Assembly (NCBI RefSeq): GCF_006345805.1
Contig: NC_043013.1
Coordinates: forward strand, 9,672,001-9,736,000
DNA from: Octopus sinensis
Taxonomy: Eukaryota
Length of the DNA: 64,000 nucleotides
Direction of reading: 5' to 3'
Shown here: positions 1-13,089 of the stretch, piece by piece
Layout of the letters: every line of letters begins with the position of its first letter
Numbering within the stretch: the first letter of the stretch is position 1
The notes under the pieces: generated by a model
Told to the model about the DNA's origin: nothing
Database searches by the model: none
What the model saw: only the letters and a program-made list of their open reading frames with translations
Program-made: the position numbers and the translations under genes

Positions 1-293
1 GTGGTCCACGCAGCAAAATAGTTCATTGGGAACAAATAGTGCTTCATGGGATCCTGAAAAAATGTTGCCGTAGATGTATGTATTGGTATATTGCAAGAAA
101 CAGCTGCGATTCTTACTCTAGCATTTTACATAGATCAACAGATACATGCTAAAGTGTGTAAGATAAAATATGAATTTTGAAAGAAGTTTCTATAAAACTA
201 GTTTTTAAACATCGAATGGCTATGGGGGTCCACCAGGATAAAAAAGTAATCAAAAGGGTCCATAGATTAAGAGAAAATGGTTGAGAATCCTTA
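1..293 (+). mobile_element. 3' end of a hAT-like non-autonomous DNA transposon (MITE)
   Basis: Ends ...GGGTCCATAG...AAAATGGTTGAGAATCC, the reverse complement of a CAG(T/G)GGTTCTCAACC hAT-type terminus. Homologous to the right end of 37031-37590. Confidence 0.45.
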
Positions 294-469
294 GTCTGCC
301 GTCTTAAAAAATGGAAGGCTACATTAGACGACGTTGTTTCGAACATCTTCCATTACGGGTCATAAGCTGATTGATCGGAGTCTAAACAAAGATATTCACT
401 AAGTATTCCCGCTGTGGAGAGAGATGATATAGGACATGATATAGCAGTAGTCATATAAGTAATAAAAGC

Positions 470-470
470 T

Positions 471-530
<60 letters not shown>
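470..530. repeat. (TA)n microsatellite
   Basis: Direct inspection. Confidence 0.95.
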
Positions 531-737
531 AAGAATGGTTTTATATGCTCTTTACAATGCACTGAGTCACCTTGTCCATTAAGTTTCATGTTTTATCTTT
601 TACAATTTAACTCCACTCACATTTGTTCTTTTTTTTTTTACTATTTGTCTAAAAAAATGTTGCTTTAACTCCTTGAAGTGCTGTGGAACAGAATTCTAGA
701 CTCTGCCTAAAATTAGTCATGCCAATTCACAGCTCTT

Positions 738-1003
738 TGTTTGTTTGTTTGTTTGTTTGTTTCTTTCTTTCTTCCTTCATTCCTTCATTCCTTTCTTCCT
801 TCCTCCCTCCCTCCCCTCCCCCTCCCTTTCTTTTTTCTTTCTTTCATTCATTCATTCATTCATTCATTCATTCTTTCTTCTTCATTCCTTCCTTCCCCTT
901 CCCTCCCTCCCACCTTCTTTCTTTCTTTTTCCCCCCCCTCTCTCTCTTCTCTATATATATATATATATACCCTTCTCATACACATGCACACACGCACATA
1001 TTA

Positions 1004-1038
<35 letters not shown>

Positions 1039-1073
1039 ATATTATATATATATACACATATACACACACAGAT

Positions 1074-1106
<33 letters not shown>

Positions 1107-1110
1107 CGAA
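738..1110. repeat. Compound microsatellite block (GTTT, TTCC, TTCA, TA, GA)
   Basis: Direct inspection; explains ORFs 683-1131. Confidence 0.95.
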
Positions 1111-1786
1111 GTAAGAAAGAGATGTATGTAGTAATGTTACGCATATGTATTTGTTTTGCAAGATTCTTGATGTGAATTCGTGTGTTGAAACAGATATTGT
1201 TATATTTGGGGATAATCTTTCTTTTCCTGTCAAATAAACACACGCACTATATATTGATTCTTCACATACACACAGATACAGACGCAAACGCATGCACAGA
1301 TATGGATACACACCACGGAAAGACAGAATGGTTAAACAGAACAGGGGAAGACACATTGGATGGAGAGTGGCTGAAGAGGTCACATCATGTGTGACGTAAG
1401 ATTGCCATGTAATGGACATGAAATAATAATAATGATAATAATAAACAAATGAAGAACGAATATATAGTGCGTGTATTTATTTGGCAAGAAAAATAAAATG
1501 ACGATCCCGAAATGTAACAATATGTATTAATGCGATTGATTTTATGTTAAGTAAATCTATGAAAACATATTTAACATTCAATTGAAGTTTTACTCACTAC
1601 TCTCTCGCAAAGTAGATATTTATTCACTTTTTCAAAGAAAAGGTTGATAGTGACTTTAATGTTTCGGCTTCCTCGTTTTCATCAGACTGTTTGAAAACCA
1701 GAGGTCACTGGCAACCTCTTTGTAAGAGTTAATGCGTTATGTGTCTATGTGTGTTTGTGTGTGTGAGTGTTATGTGTGTGTGTGTG

Positions 1787-1834
1787 CGTGTGGTTGGGAA
1801 GCAAGCTTCTTACCACACAGCCACGCCTGCGCCT
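1787..1834 (-). mobile_element. SINE family A, head fragment
   Basis: Reverse complement AGGCGCAGGCGTGGCTGTGTGGTAAGAAGCTTGC matches the full copies at 27408 and 37597. Confidence 0.75.
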
Positions 1835-2725
1835 ATCGAAAATATAAATCGAGTGTAAATGTGTTTATGAAAAATTCAAACATTTTCACAATCTTTCCAA
1901 ATCCTGCTGCATTTCACATAAAATTTCTGGTCCTCCAAAGTTCCCTTGGTGTATAAGCTGCATTACCTTCTTTGAATGTAAATTTTGATCTGAAAAAAAA
2001 ATGTTAGTTATCTACCGAAAAATACAGGACTTGTTTGGTCTGAGATCAGCCCTGGTAGAGTAAACACAGGACAAGAGGTATTTCCTGGCAATCCAATCTT
2101 TGTTGCATTTAGTCACAAATTGAAAGGTCCGACTAAGTCTTCATATATCAATGCGAAGCACCATAAGTATAACTTTGTGACAGAAATAAAGCATACCGCT
2201 TCCACTTTTTATTTGGCAATACGATCGACCAGAAAGTGATGTTGACATTAAAATGTCTTCCTAGTCTCCATTCATTTTTATTTTTCTATCTCAAATTGGT
2301 ATGTGTGTACCGGTTGTCAAACGGCCGTGGAGGACAAACACAAAGTGTTACTTTTTAGTTATGTCACCACCATTTAAAAATAGCCATGAAAAAGTTGGAT
2401 TATCCCCCTTGCGTTGACAAGAGATTGGATTAAAAGGGTTAGATACTTTTAATTCAATGCTTCAATACATTGTTGTCTTTTGGCCTTCTCAATAAGCATG
2501 GTATGATTTGTGATTAAAATGTTATTAGATTCAATAAGAGGTTGAAATTTTTTCAGTTTTCATGGTTATTAATTTTTTCAGTTTTGCATGATTTGTTATA
2601 AAAATATCATCAGATTCAATAAGATGTTTCATCTTTTCACGTTTCATGTTTATCAATTTTTCATTTTTTGGGTCTTATTGAGGGATAAACAATTTTTTTA
2701 GTTGCGTGAGATAACCCAAAAGTAC

Positions 2726-2776
<51 letters not shown>

Positions 2777-2788
2777 TATATATATATA

Positions 2789-3050
2789 TATTAGAAGAAA
2801 TAAGGTTCTCAGAAATCTTGATGGTTTTATATTTACGATTTTTATTGATATGTCACATGTTTTTATAAATCATATATTAGCGCTTGCATCCACTCTACTG
2901 GATTCTTATACACATACATATATACTTATAGTGCTTCGCATTGATATATTGATATAATCTGAAGAATCCACTAGAATGGATGCAAGCGCTAATATATGAT
3001 TTATAAAAACATGTGACATGTTAATAAAAATCTGTAAATTTCTTCTAATA
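2789..3050. mobile_element. Fold-back palindromic repeat with hammerhead-like motif (family H4)
   Basis: Near-perfect 58-bp inverted arms 2850-2907 and 2962-3019; outer ends TATTAGAAGAAA / TTTCTTCTAATA; flanked by (TA)n. Confidence 0.75.
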
Positions 3051-3078
3051 TATAATACCTGTACATCACCTCCAAACC

Positions 3079-3109
<31 letters not shown>

Positions 3110-3111
3110 GC

Positions 3112-3255
3112 ACGGAGGTCTTCTTTCAGCTCTGCCAACCCATCACTGGCAAGGCTTTTGTAGGCCCCATGCGATAATAGAAGACCTTTGCTCAAGATGC
3201 CGCGTTGTGTGGGACTGGAACCAAAAGCTCTTAACCACACAGCCACACCTGCACC
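3112..3255 (-). mobile_element. SINE family A, diverged 5' half
   Basis: CTTAACCACACAGCCACACCTGCACC and GAAGAC-CTTTGCTCAAG are similar to the family A head. Confidence 0.65.
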
Positions 3256-3329
3256 CCACTTTCTTTTAAGGAAAGAATAGAAAATCCGAATGCTCAATGC
3301 AGCAAGAAATCGTGTAGAGCCCTGCACTA

Positions 3330-3760
3330 ACTTTCGAAGATAAACTATGTCATTTTATGAATGGAAGCTGGATGTTGGTGAGGGTTGGCATGGTGATTGG
3401 TAGGGCTATAAATATGCATCCGTTGGGTGTGAGGACGGCAATGATGAGATTGCGGAGAAATTATAAATTTCAGTGTAGCAAGGTGCTAGATTAAGGGTGA
3501 GACAAGTGAATTATTTTCATATTAAATTAGTAGCAGAAATGGAGAAGTTATTAACATTGTAGGTGGAAGACTTGAACCAGAAAAAAACATTCCATTGAGT
3601 AAAGCTAACTTTTGTGATAAGGGAATGTCTATTTTTGAACTGAACGAGAAAGAGGGTCGAGATGAAAGATTTGAAGGTTGTTACGACTGGTTTGCAGGTT
3701 ATAAGAGTTGCACTAAATGTCGTTGTATTAAGATAACTGGTAAGGCAGGAAGTGCATCTG
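3330..3760 (-). mobile_element. Possible highly degenerate Penelope-like (GIY-YIG region) relic
   Basis: Minus-strand peptide RCTSCLTSYLNTTTFS...CKPVVTTF...LNLAPCYTEIYNFS loosely resembles Penelope endonuclease C-termini. Weak. Confidence 0.25.
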
Positions 3761-4144
3761 TCTATCTGCCTTTCTCTCTCCCCCCGCTCACTCTTACACA
3801 TACGCACACAAGCAAGCAAACACACCCACATATACAAATATATGAGTATATACAAATACATACACACACACCCACATATACATATATGTATGCAAATATA
3901 TACATATATACGCATACATATATATATGCAGATACATACAAACATATTTGCGTGTTTGTGTGTGTACATTCATAGATATACACACAGTATTATGTACATA
4001 TTACATATATATATATACATATATACACATAATAATAAATGGAGAGAAAGGGGTGAGGAAAAAAGTGACAGAAGGAGAGAGAGAAAGGGAAAAAATGAAA
4101 GAAAACGATTGTTAGCCATATACGTACGTGTCATTTGTATATAC

Positions 4145-5330
4145 TAGGCTATCAGCCTTTATACAAAGTGTCTAATATCTTGGGGATCTTATTTTCAAGA
4201 GAGGTGAGACAGAGTTACATTGGAAGCGATGCAGTCAAGTATCTTTATTGCTATTAAAGAAAAATCTTCGTTCGGATTTAAAGCTACCAAAGACAGACTA
4301 ACATTTCTACATCATACTAACTTTCCAGGAATTCTATAATTGAAGCCACTGTCGGTCTACCATCAGGAAAGAAACATTGCATGCTTTGAAACGGTTGAGT
4401 TAGAGTTGCTAGTCTATTAGAAATCGAAATAGAAAATATGGATCATAGAGGAATTCTTCTTTGGTACGTAAATTGGTTTTGACACTATTGCGCACATCAG
4501 CCTTGGAAATTATTTGTTACCTAAAGCTATTCTTCTATTAGAGAACACTCCTAACCATTTTTCTAACATTGATCGTGTTTTTAAAAAATGTAGTTTGCAT
4601 GTTTCAAACAGACCATATATTCAGTTACCTACCAATGGACTAAAACGTAATAGAAATTTTCGCGAGGTACTGCCCATAAGGATACTTTAAGAAAATGGTC
4701 GATGGCTTAGTCACAGATCCCGATATGACAGCAAATGATCACGGATGGTTATTTAACATTTTAAATGACATCCATTGTACCGATATCGCTTAGAAAGTCA
4801 TTACAAAACTCTTAAGAATGTAATTTGGATGGAAGTTCAACCCGAGTCACGAAGCAGCTTTGAAAGATTTTGGTTGACGGAGGCAAGCGCTACGGTTATA
4901 CAAGAAGTTTGGAAGTTAGCAAGAGAGGCTGAACTGGATTTACGGAAGAGGATACCTTAGAATTGTTTGCTGATCGGGTAAAAGAGAGAAAAATTGGAAA
5001 ACGATTTTCAATTGAAGAATAAACAAACTTAGACATCTGGATGTGGAAAAAGATGAAGCGGGGCGGGGCGGCGGGCAAAACTAAGATGTACCTGAGCGTG
5101 TTTCAAAGCTAATAAAACTGACTTGCTTCAATGATTTCTTTGCTAAAGCTCAGATTTCAATTGTGGAGTACTGTAAAATAATTATGACTGGAATCAAAAT
5201 GTCACAGTAAAGAGCAGCTTAAAGGAAAACTAAGCAGAGTTTATATTCTAGAAAGGCGTTCTGGCCTGAGTTCGGTCTGTCATCAGTGGTTGCTCTCGAT
5301 CAGGACTATAATACTATAATTATACGGATC
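4145..5330 (+). pseudogene. pogo/Tigger-family DDE transposase relic (stops and frameshifts)
   Basis: FGFKATKDRLTFL at 4271-4309 (cf. Tigger GFKASKDRLTLL), KLKPLSVYH, KAILLLENTPNH at 4523-4558 (cf. KALLLLDNAPGH), IQLPTNG (cf. LIQPMDQG), KMVDGLVTDPDMT. Confidence 0.8.
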
Positions 5331-5742
5331 CATCCCACGCTATTGCTGAAGGAGATCGCTATACAAATGTCACTGTTGTCTTCAGTTCCGAATCATTTGG
5401 TGAGTAAACAATATATTTAAAGCATTCCTTTATTTATTCAGGTCGTATTTGATTGAATTATATTTAGTTTATTATATACAGAACAAGAATTAACACTCTC
5501 TCCAAGACAAAGAGTACATATATATTTTTTCGAACGTCTGAAAGGAATCGCTATTTTCCCTTCCAATGTACGGATTTTACTTCGAAATCCTTTACGTTGC
5601 CTCTTCCAGTACAGCATCCCTAGTGTAAAACCCCGAAATTTTTTCTCTCTCTTTCTCTCTCCCCTTCTGTCCCCGGCTTTCGTCATAACGCGCGAACTTT
5701 TAAGATATATTTGTATGTATGCATGTACGTATACAAACATAC

Positions 5743-5809
<67 letters not shown>

Positions 5810-5825
<16 letters not shown>

Positions 5826-5992
5826 TCCACTTCCACTATTCGACAACCGTTGGTTTGTATATGTCCAAGTAATTTAGCGGTTCTGCAAAGGACAACGAGC
5901 GGAACAAGTACCAGGCTTAAAAAAACCCCAAAAAACAAAAACAAAAAACAGAAAAAATGTCCTTGGCTCGATTTATTCGATTATGGTCTATC
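5810..5992 (+). mobile_element. SINE family A, 3' part
   Basis: GACAACCG...TTAGCGGTTC...AAGTACCAGGCTTA body. Confidence 0.65.
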
Positions 5993-6074
5993 CGTAGTAC
6001 TTACACAGCATCACCTGACAGCTTTGGGGCTTATTGACACCATTAGCTCTCATAACCTCTCTCTCTCTCTCTAC

Positions 6075-6137
<63 letters not shown>

Positions 6138-6316
6138 TGTATATATATATATATATTTCCACTTCGGCATCCGAAACTCAGAGTTTTATCTTGACTATTG
6201 AATAATTGTAACATATTATTTTTAGATAAATTTCCTCTATTTACATAATATTGAGGTCTCTTTCTTTCTTTTGTTATCTTACCGTTTTTACCAATATATA
6301 TATATATATATATATA

Positions 6317-6706
6317 TCTTTATATATAAAAGTGAGTTTGTGTGCTGTCTGTCTCCTACGATTTAGATTCCTAACTACTCCCACATTTTGCGGTGCAGTG
6401 TAACCAAAAGCGGGTATCTTATAGTCGTGATTCATATCGAGCCCTTCTGGGTATTAGCGCGCGTCTACGATGAGTCTACGATTTAAAAGAAAAATGACCA
6501 TCATTTTTTCCATTTTAATGCATTTTTTCGCTATTATATAAGGGAAGTAACTCTCTAAAAATGTCTACGATGAGTCAACGATTTAAAAAAAAATTACCAT
6601 CATTTTTTCCATTTTTAATGCATTTTTTTTGCTATATATAACTCTCTAAAATGCTTATATTGTTATTTCCCTTACAAACCCGAGCAACGCCGGGCGATAC
6701 TGCTAG
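6317..6706 (+). mobile_element. Non-autonomous Helitron (family 1)
   Basis: A|TC 5' end (TCTTTATATATAAAAG), subterminal hairpin CCCG-agcaacgc-CGGG at 6679-6694, CTAG|T 3' end, no TSD. Internal ~95-bp tandem duplication at 6463-6653. Confidence 0.85.
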
Positions 6707-6707
6707 T

Positions 6708-6764
<57 letters not shown>

Positions 6765-6767
6765 ATG

Positions 6768-7058
6768 GATTCTCCTGTCGAAAACGATGTATGAGCATTC
6801 AACTTCGCCAAACGACCTGCACAAATTATTTGTTTATAGCGATCAAATGTTCGTGCCGCACGTTAGCTCGCCCTCTCCAACAGAGCGACGTTGTCTGAAC
6901 AGGTGCACGATTTACCACGCGTCAGGTGTCGAAGTGATCGCAAAGCAACTTGGGATGAATTGCTTTGCTGAGTAGCACAACGCACCACCCGCTCTGGGAA
7001 TTGAAATCATGATTGCCAGGTCGTGAGTGCAACATCCTAACCATCAGCCATTGCGCCA
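6768..7058 (-). mobile_element. tRNA-headed SINE family D
   Basis: Minus-strand head GGCGCAATGGCTGATGGTTAGG...GATTTCAATTCCCAG resembles the family C head, but the body differs. Confidence 0.65.
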
Positions 7059-7155
7059 TCTCACACACACACAGAAACACACGCACATGTATATATGTTT
7101 ATGTATGCATGATAATTTTCCTCTCTTTCTATCATATATATATATATATATATAT

Positions 7156-7301
7156 AGGCACAGGTGTGGCTGTGTAGTAAGTAGCTTGTTTACCAACCAC
7201 ATGGTTCAGGGTTCAGTCCCACTGCGTGGCACCTTGGGCAAGTGTCTTCTACTACAGCCTCGGGCCGACCAAAGCCTTGTGAGTGGATTTGGTAGCTGGA
7301 A

Positions 7302-7356
<55 letters not shown>

Positions 7357-8815
7357 GTAATACTAAGCAATAAAGGGTTTAGCAACGAATTGCTTTACCA
7401 CATACCGAATTTAGAAATAGCAGTCAAAGAGTTATAGCTATTTCTTCTACTAAAAAGGGAGATCTCAGTAAAAACAGCAATTGGAAGGCAGACACAAACA
7501 GGTAAGAGAGAATGAATTGACGGCAATCTATCATACAATTTTAAGTTATCTACGGACGTACGTTTCGAAATCAAGTTTTTAGGAAAGCATAAGAATTAAA
7601 TATTAAATAATTCTATCTCACCAAAACTTCTTTTCTCTTCAGCGTAGAATACTATAATCATAAATGATTATATATTGAATTTTGAGATACTAGAAGGCAC
7701 CAACTCAACTCAGTATCAGAGCTAGCCAGAATCCGCAACTAGTATCACCAAATTCAATGTGTGAATGAAAAGATTGTGTCACCAGCCCCTTCCCACCCGC
7801 GTGTAGCCAAAAGTATTACTTAAATTTTCCTCGAATGAGGCTTTTACATGCTGAAGACTACTTGGTGTAATTGATAATTATTCCAAATTAATTAATTTCA
7901 CCCTTCATTATTACGGATAACCATATTTTATCTCAGTAGATGACCACAGCATCTTGTTTTGGCTACACGCGGGTGGGAAGGGGTGGTGACACAATTTTTC
8001 ATTCACACATGAATTTGGTGATACTAGTTGCGGATTCTGGCTAGCTCTGATACTGAGTTGAGTTGGTGCCTTTAGTATCTCAAAATTCAATATATAATCA
8101 TTTATGATTATAGTATTCTACGCTGAAGAGAAAAGAAGTTTTGGTGAGAATAGAATTATTTAATATTTAATTCTTATGCTTTCTAAAAACTTGATTTCGA
8201 AACGTACGTCCGTAGATAACTTAAAATTGTATGATAGATTGCCGTCAATCATTTCTCTCTTACCTGTTTGTGTCTGCCTTCCAATTGCTGTTTTTACTGA
8301 GATCTCCCTTTTTAGTAGAAGAAATAGCTATAACTCTTTGACTGCTATTTCTAAATTCGGTATGTGGTAAGGCAATTCGTTGCTAAACCCTTTATTGCTT
8401 AGTATTACTTAATTTTCCTCGAATGAGGCTTTTACATGCCGAAGACTACTTGTGTAATTGATAATTATTCCAAATTAATTAATTCACCCTTCATTATTAC
8501 GGATAACTATAATATATATATATATATATAGATATATATATATATAAATATATATATATATACATATATGTGTGTATGTATATGTGTGTGTATGTTTGTT
8601 TGTGTGTCTGTGTTTGTCGCCCTAGCATTGCTTGACAACCGATGCTGGTGTGTTTATGTCCCCGTCACTTAGCGGTTCGGCAAAACAGACCGATAGAATA
8701 AGTACTGGCCTTACAAAGAATAAGTGCCGGGGTCGAGTTGCTCGATTAAAGGCGGTGCTCCAGCATGGCCGCAGTCAAATGACTGAAACAAGTAAAAGAG
8801 TAAAAGAGTAAAGAG
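7156..8815 (+). mobile_element. SINE family A, full length, split by an insertion in its internal (CA)/(TA) tract
   Basis: Head 7156-7305; 3' half resumes at ~8570 and ends in (GTAAAAGA)n at ~8815. Confidence 0.85.
7356..8507. repeat. ~455-bp-arm inverted repeat plus 110-bp direct repeat (A-B-c-A'-B), possibly Penelope-like pseudo-LTR architecture
   Basis: Arms 7356-7812 and 7957-8409 are near-identical reverse complements; segment 7812-7921 recurs directly at 8401-8507. Confidence 0.9.
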
Positions 8816-9244
8816 AGAGAGTATATATATATATATGTGTGTGTGTTGTGTGTGTGTGTATGTGTGTGTATGTCATATTTAGATATAGTAATGTTCAGTA
8901 TTTACGCCACCTCCTATATATTTAGACAAACATTTCGGATATGTATATGAGTAATTAACTCCTATTTTCTTATAGAATGTTCGGTATTTAGGAGGAGCGG
9001 AAACAGGGTGTCGTCGGTAGAAATAAAAAGAGGTAGGTAAATAGTGAATTAGGTAGATAAATATATAAATAGGCAGATACATCGCGGGATAAATGCTTAT
9101 ATGAATAAATATGTTTGGCAATAAAATCGCTTAAATAGATAGATAGAAAGATAGATAGATAGATAGCTTTCTCTCTATGCCTAAATATATTCATATTTGG
9201 TTAAGCCAATGCACGTACACACAGTTGCTTACGTATGAATATAC

Positions 9245-9299
<55 letters not shown>

Positions 9300-9301
<2 letters not shown>

Positions 9302-9465
9302 TGTTGTGTGTGTTTACGTCCAGTAACTTAGCGGTTGGATATAAAGAAAAAAAACAAAAAAAAAACAGATAGAATAAGTGCTAGGCTTCAAAATTTTAAG
9401 TCCTGGGGGCGAATTGTTCGACTAAAATCTTCTAAGGCTGTGCTCCAATATGGCCGCAGTCAAAT
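9300..9465 (+). mobile_element. SINE family A, 3' part, with (GATA)n after it
   Basis: GTGCTCCAATATGGCCGCAGTCAAATGA tail. Confidence 0.7.
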
Positions 9466-9523
<58 letters not shown>

Positions 9524-9699
9524 CAGACAGATAGACAGATAGATTGATAGATATCTTACTATTGATAAGAGCAGAAATAGGAAGACAGAATTTTGAGACA
9601 TGGTCTGATGAAACGAATGACATGTGTTTCTCCTTCTCTAGTTCTCTCTTCCTCTCTCTCCCTCACTCTCTCTCACTCTCTACTAAACTACTTATGTAT

Positions 9700-10560
<861 letters not shown>

Positions 10561-11267
10561 GCAAAGGGAAAAAAAAGGATTCTTTTGTGACACATAAAGG
10601 GAATGGGTGGTGTTGCAAGCATTATTGAAAGCCCTTATCGAAGGAAGCTAGATGTGATAGGATTGATAGAGAAACACTTAGGAATGAGTAGGCGAGGCAG
10701 AAAGCGAAGCTAAACAGATAGACAGAAAGAGAACGACGGAGGTGGAGGAGGGTATTTAAGGGAGAGGTGCCACTGTAGTCAGGCAGTGAAATACATGATC
10801 AACGAGAGAGAGAGAGAGCGGGTAGGAGGGAGAGTGAAAGTGTGAGCGAGGAATATAAAATAAGAGAGAGGGAGAGGCATAAATATATAACGACATAGAA
10901 GGAGGGAAAATAGAGTGAGGAAGACAGAGTGAGAGGAAAGGGAGAGAAGTGATGATATAGTGCTGGCATTTTCATTATATATGTTTGAATAAGTGTGCAT
11001 GTGTATGTATACGTATATATATGCTGTACGTGTGTATGCGTGCGCGTGTATATGTTTTGTATGTGGTGTGTAGTGTACAGTAGTAAATTTATGACTGGTT
11101 ACTTTCTCTTTTCTCTCTACCTCTTCCACCTCGTTGTTATTTGTTTTTTGTTTTACTCTATTTTATTTTTATTTTCTGTTTGTCTGGCTGTCTGTCTGAA
11201 TTGTCTAAATGTTGCTGGCGTTAATTCTGGAGTAGTCGCCATTTAATGTTCACGGTAATGAACAGTT

Positions 11268-11572
11268 ACACCACCACCACCACCACCACCACCACCATAC
11301 CACCGCCACCACCACCACCACCACCACCACCACCATACCACCACCACCACCACCACCACCATACCACCACTACCACTACTACCACCACCACCACCATACC
11401 ACAACCACCATCACCACCACCGCCGCCTCCGCCGCCTCCACTCCTGCCGAAACTCCAACCGCCACCATCCGTTGCACCACTCGTCTCGGCCACCATCACC
11501 GCTTTACTCCACCAATTACTTTTACCGCTGCCAACGCACCACCCCCACCACCACCACCACCAATTCTCCCAA

Positions 11573-11609
<37 letters not shown>

Positions 11610-11890
11610 GCTGCTGTTGCTACTGCTGCTGCTGCTGTTTTTAGCCTGAAGGTTTTAAGCACTAACACCATCGTACTACGTTCATTACCATCCCGACCAT
11701 CATCATCATCGTCATCATCGTCATCACCGTCATCTTCATCATTACCATTGGCACCACTACCACTACTACCACCACCATCATCATCAACATCAATGCAGCC
11801 ACCACCACCACCACCACCACCAACATCAATATCAACGCAACCAACACCACCATCGTATCATCATCATCAGTTACCATCATCATCATCATC
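11268..11890. repeat. Compound trinucleotide repeats (CAC, TAC, CTG, CAT)
   Basis: Direct inspection. All frames give homopolymers, so this is not coding evidence. Confidence 0.9.
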
Positions 11891-12244
11891 ATTGACGATG
11901 TGCTGGTGGTTACTCGACCAGCTAGAAATGACAGTTACCCCTCCCTTAAATCACCTGCCCTTCTCTTGAAAGAAAACAACAACCAAAAAGCAAATAATGG
12001 TAATGACGTAAAAATGTTCCACGTACGCCATACCTGAAAGAGAGTCTGTACGTGGTCGCTCGGCCTACTAGAAATAGTAACCAAATTCCCCCAAATCACG
12101 CACTCCATTTTCCTAAAATGACACACTGGGTAATGTATTCCTGGGCTCATTGCACACGGGGAAAAGGACGGGATGGGCACGACTGGTGTCGTTTTTGATT
12201 ACGAGTCTGCACAATCAGGCTTGAACCAGGAGGTATGCTACAAT

Positions 12245-12441
12245 TCTGTCATCATTATCATCATCCTCATCTTCACTGTCGTCGTCGTCGTCTTCGTCAT
12301 CACCATTACAATCCTGCAAATTATCATCGCTACTGTTACACCTATCATCATCACCACCACAACCACCATCATCATCATCATCATCGTCGTCATCACCACC
12401 ACCACCAAAACCACTACCACCACCACCACCAAAACCACTAC

Positions 12442-12491
<50 letters not shown>

Positions 12492-12570
12492 CCGTCATCG
12501 TCATCGTCATCGTCATTGTCGTCAACGTAGTCATAGTCGTGATCGTTGTCGTTGTCATCATCGTAATTTC
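12245..12570. repeat. (CAT)n/(CGT)n/(CAC)n trinucleotide block
   Basis: Direct inspection. Confidence 0.9.
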
Positions 12571-13089
12571 TTGATGCCGAGAATTTAATTTCTTTCAATT
12601 TATATATATATATATATATATGTATGATCAAAGATGTCTGTATAAAGCTATTTTGGTTCCGAAAAGATTGCTTCCAAGCAATGAAGACATGCGAACAGGA
12701 AGCGTAGTTTGAGTCTCAGATGTTCTCATTGCACATCTGCTAACCCCCACCGTCGATGTTTCTTCCCATCAATCTCTTCTTCACTATTGTTCTTTGAAAG
12801 AAGTCGGCTCCCTACGTAGCATTTACTTCCCCATCCTAGACCGGACGATCAGATGTATCAACCTGGCCACACCGAAGCAACAACATTACGGAAAATTTCA
12901 AGAAGGAACCCACCTATCCAGCCGGACTACCTAGGCGGCGATGCAAAGAAGTACATCGATCTCTTCCATTGTCCCAAATCAGTGATACTGTTTACACGTA
13001 TCAATTTGTTCAGAAGATCTCAACGATGGTCAATAAGATCCATCGTCGTCCATATCAAATTTTCTTGTTAACGTTTATCTACAATAATC

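Noticed and set aside
5400-5441. 42-nt GT-AG intron after the Tigger relic
   Set aside because: Too short, and there is no coherent ORF across it.
11246-11969. Poly-Pro/His/Thr ORFs resembling low-complexity transcription factor regions
   Set aside because: Every frame gives different homopolymers, there are no splice signals or flanking domains, and similar blocks recur at 12.2, 15.1 and 22.9 kb.
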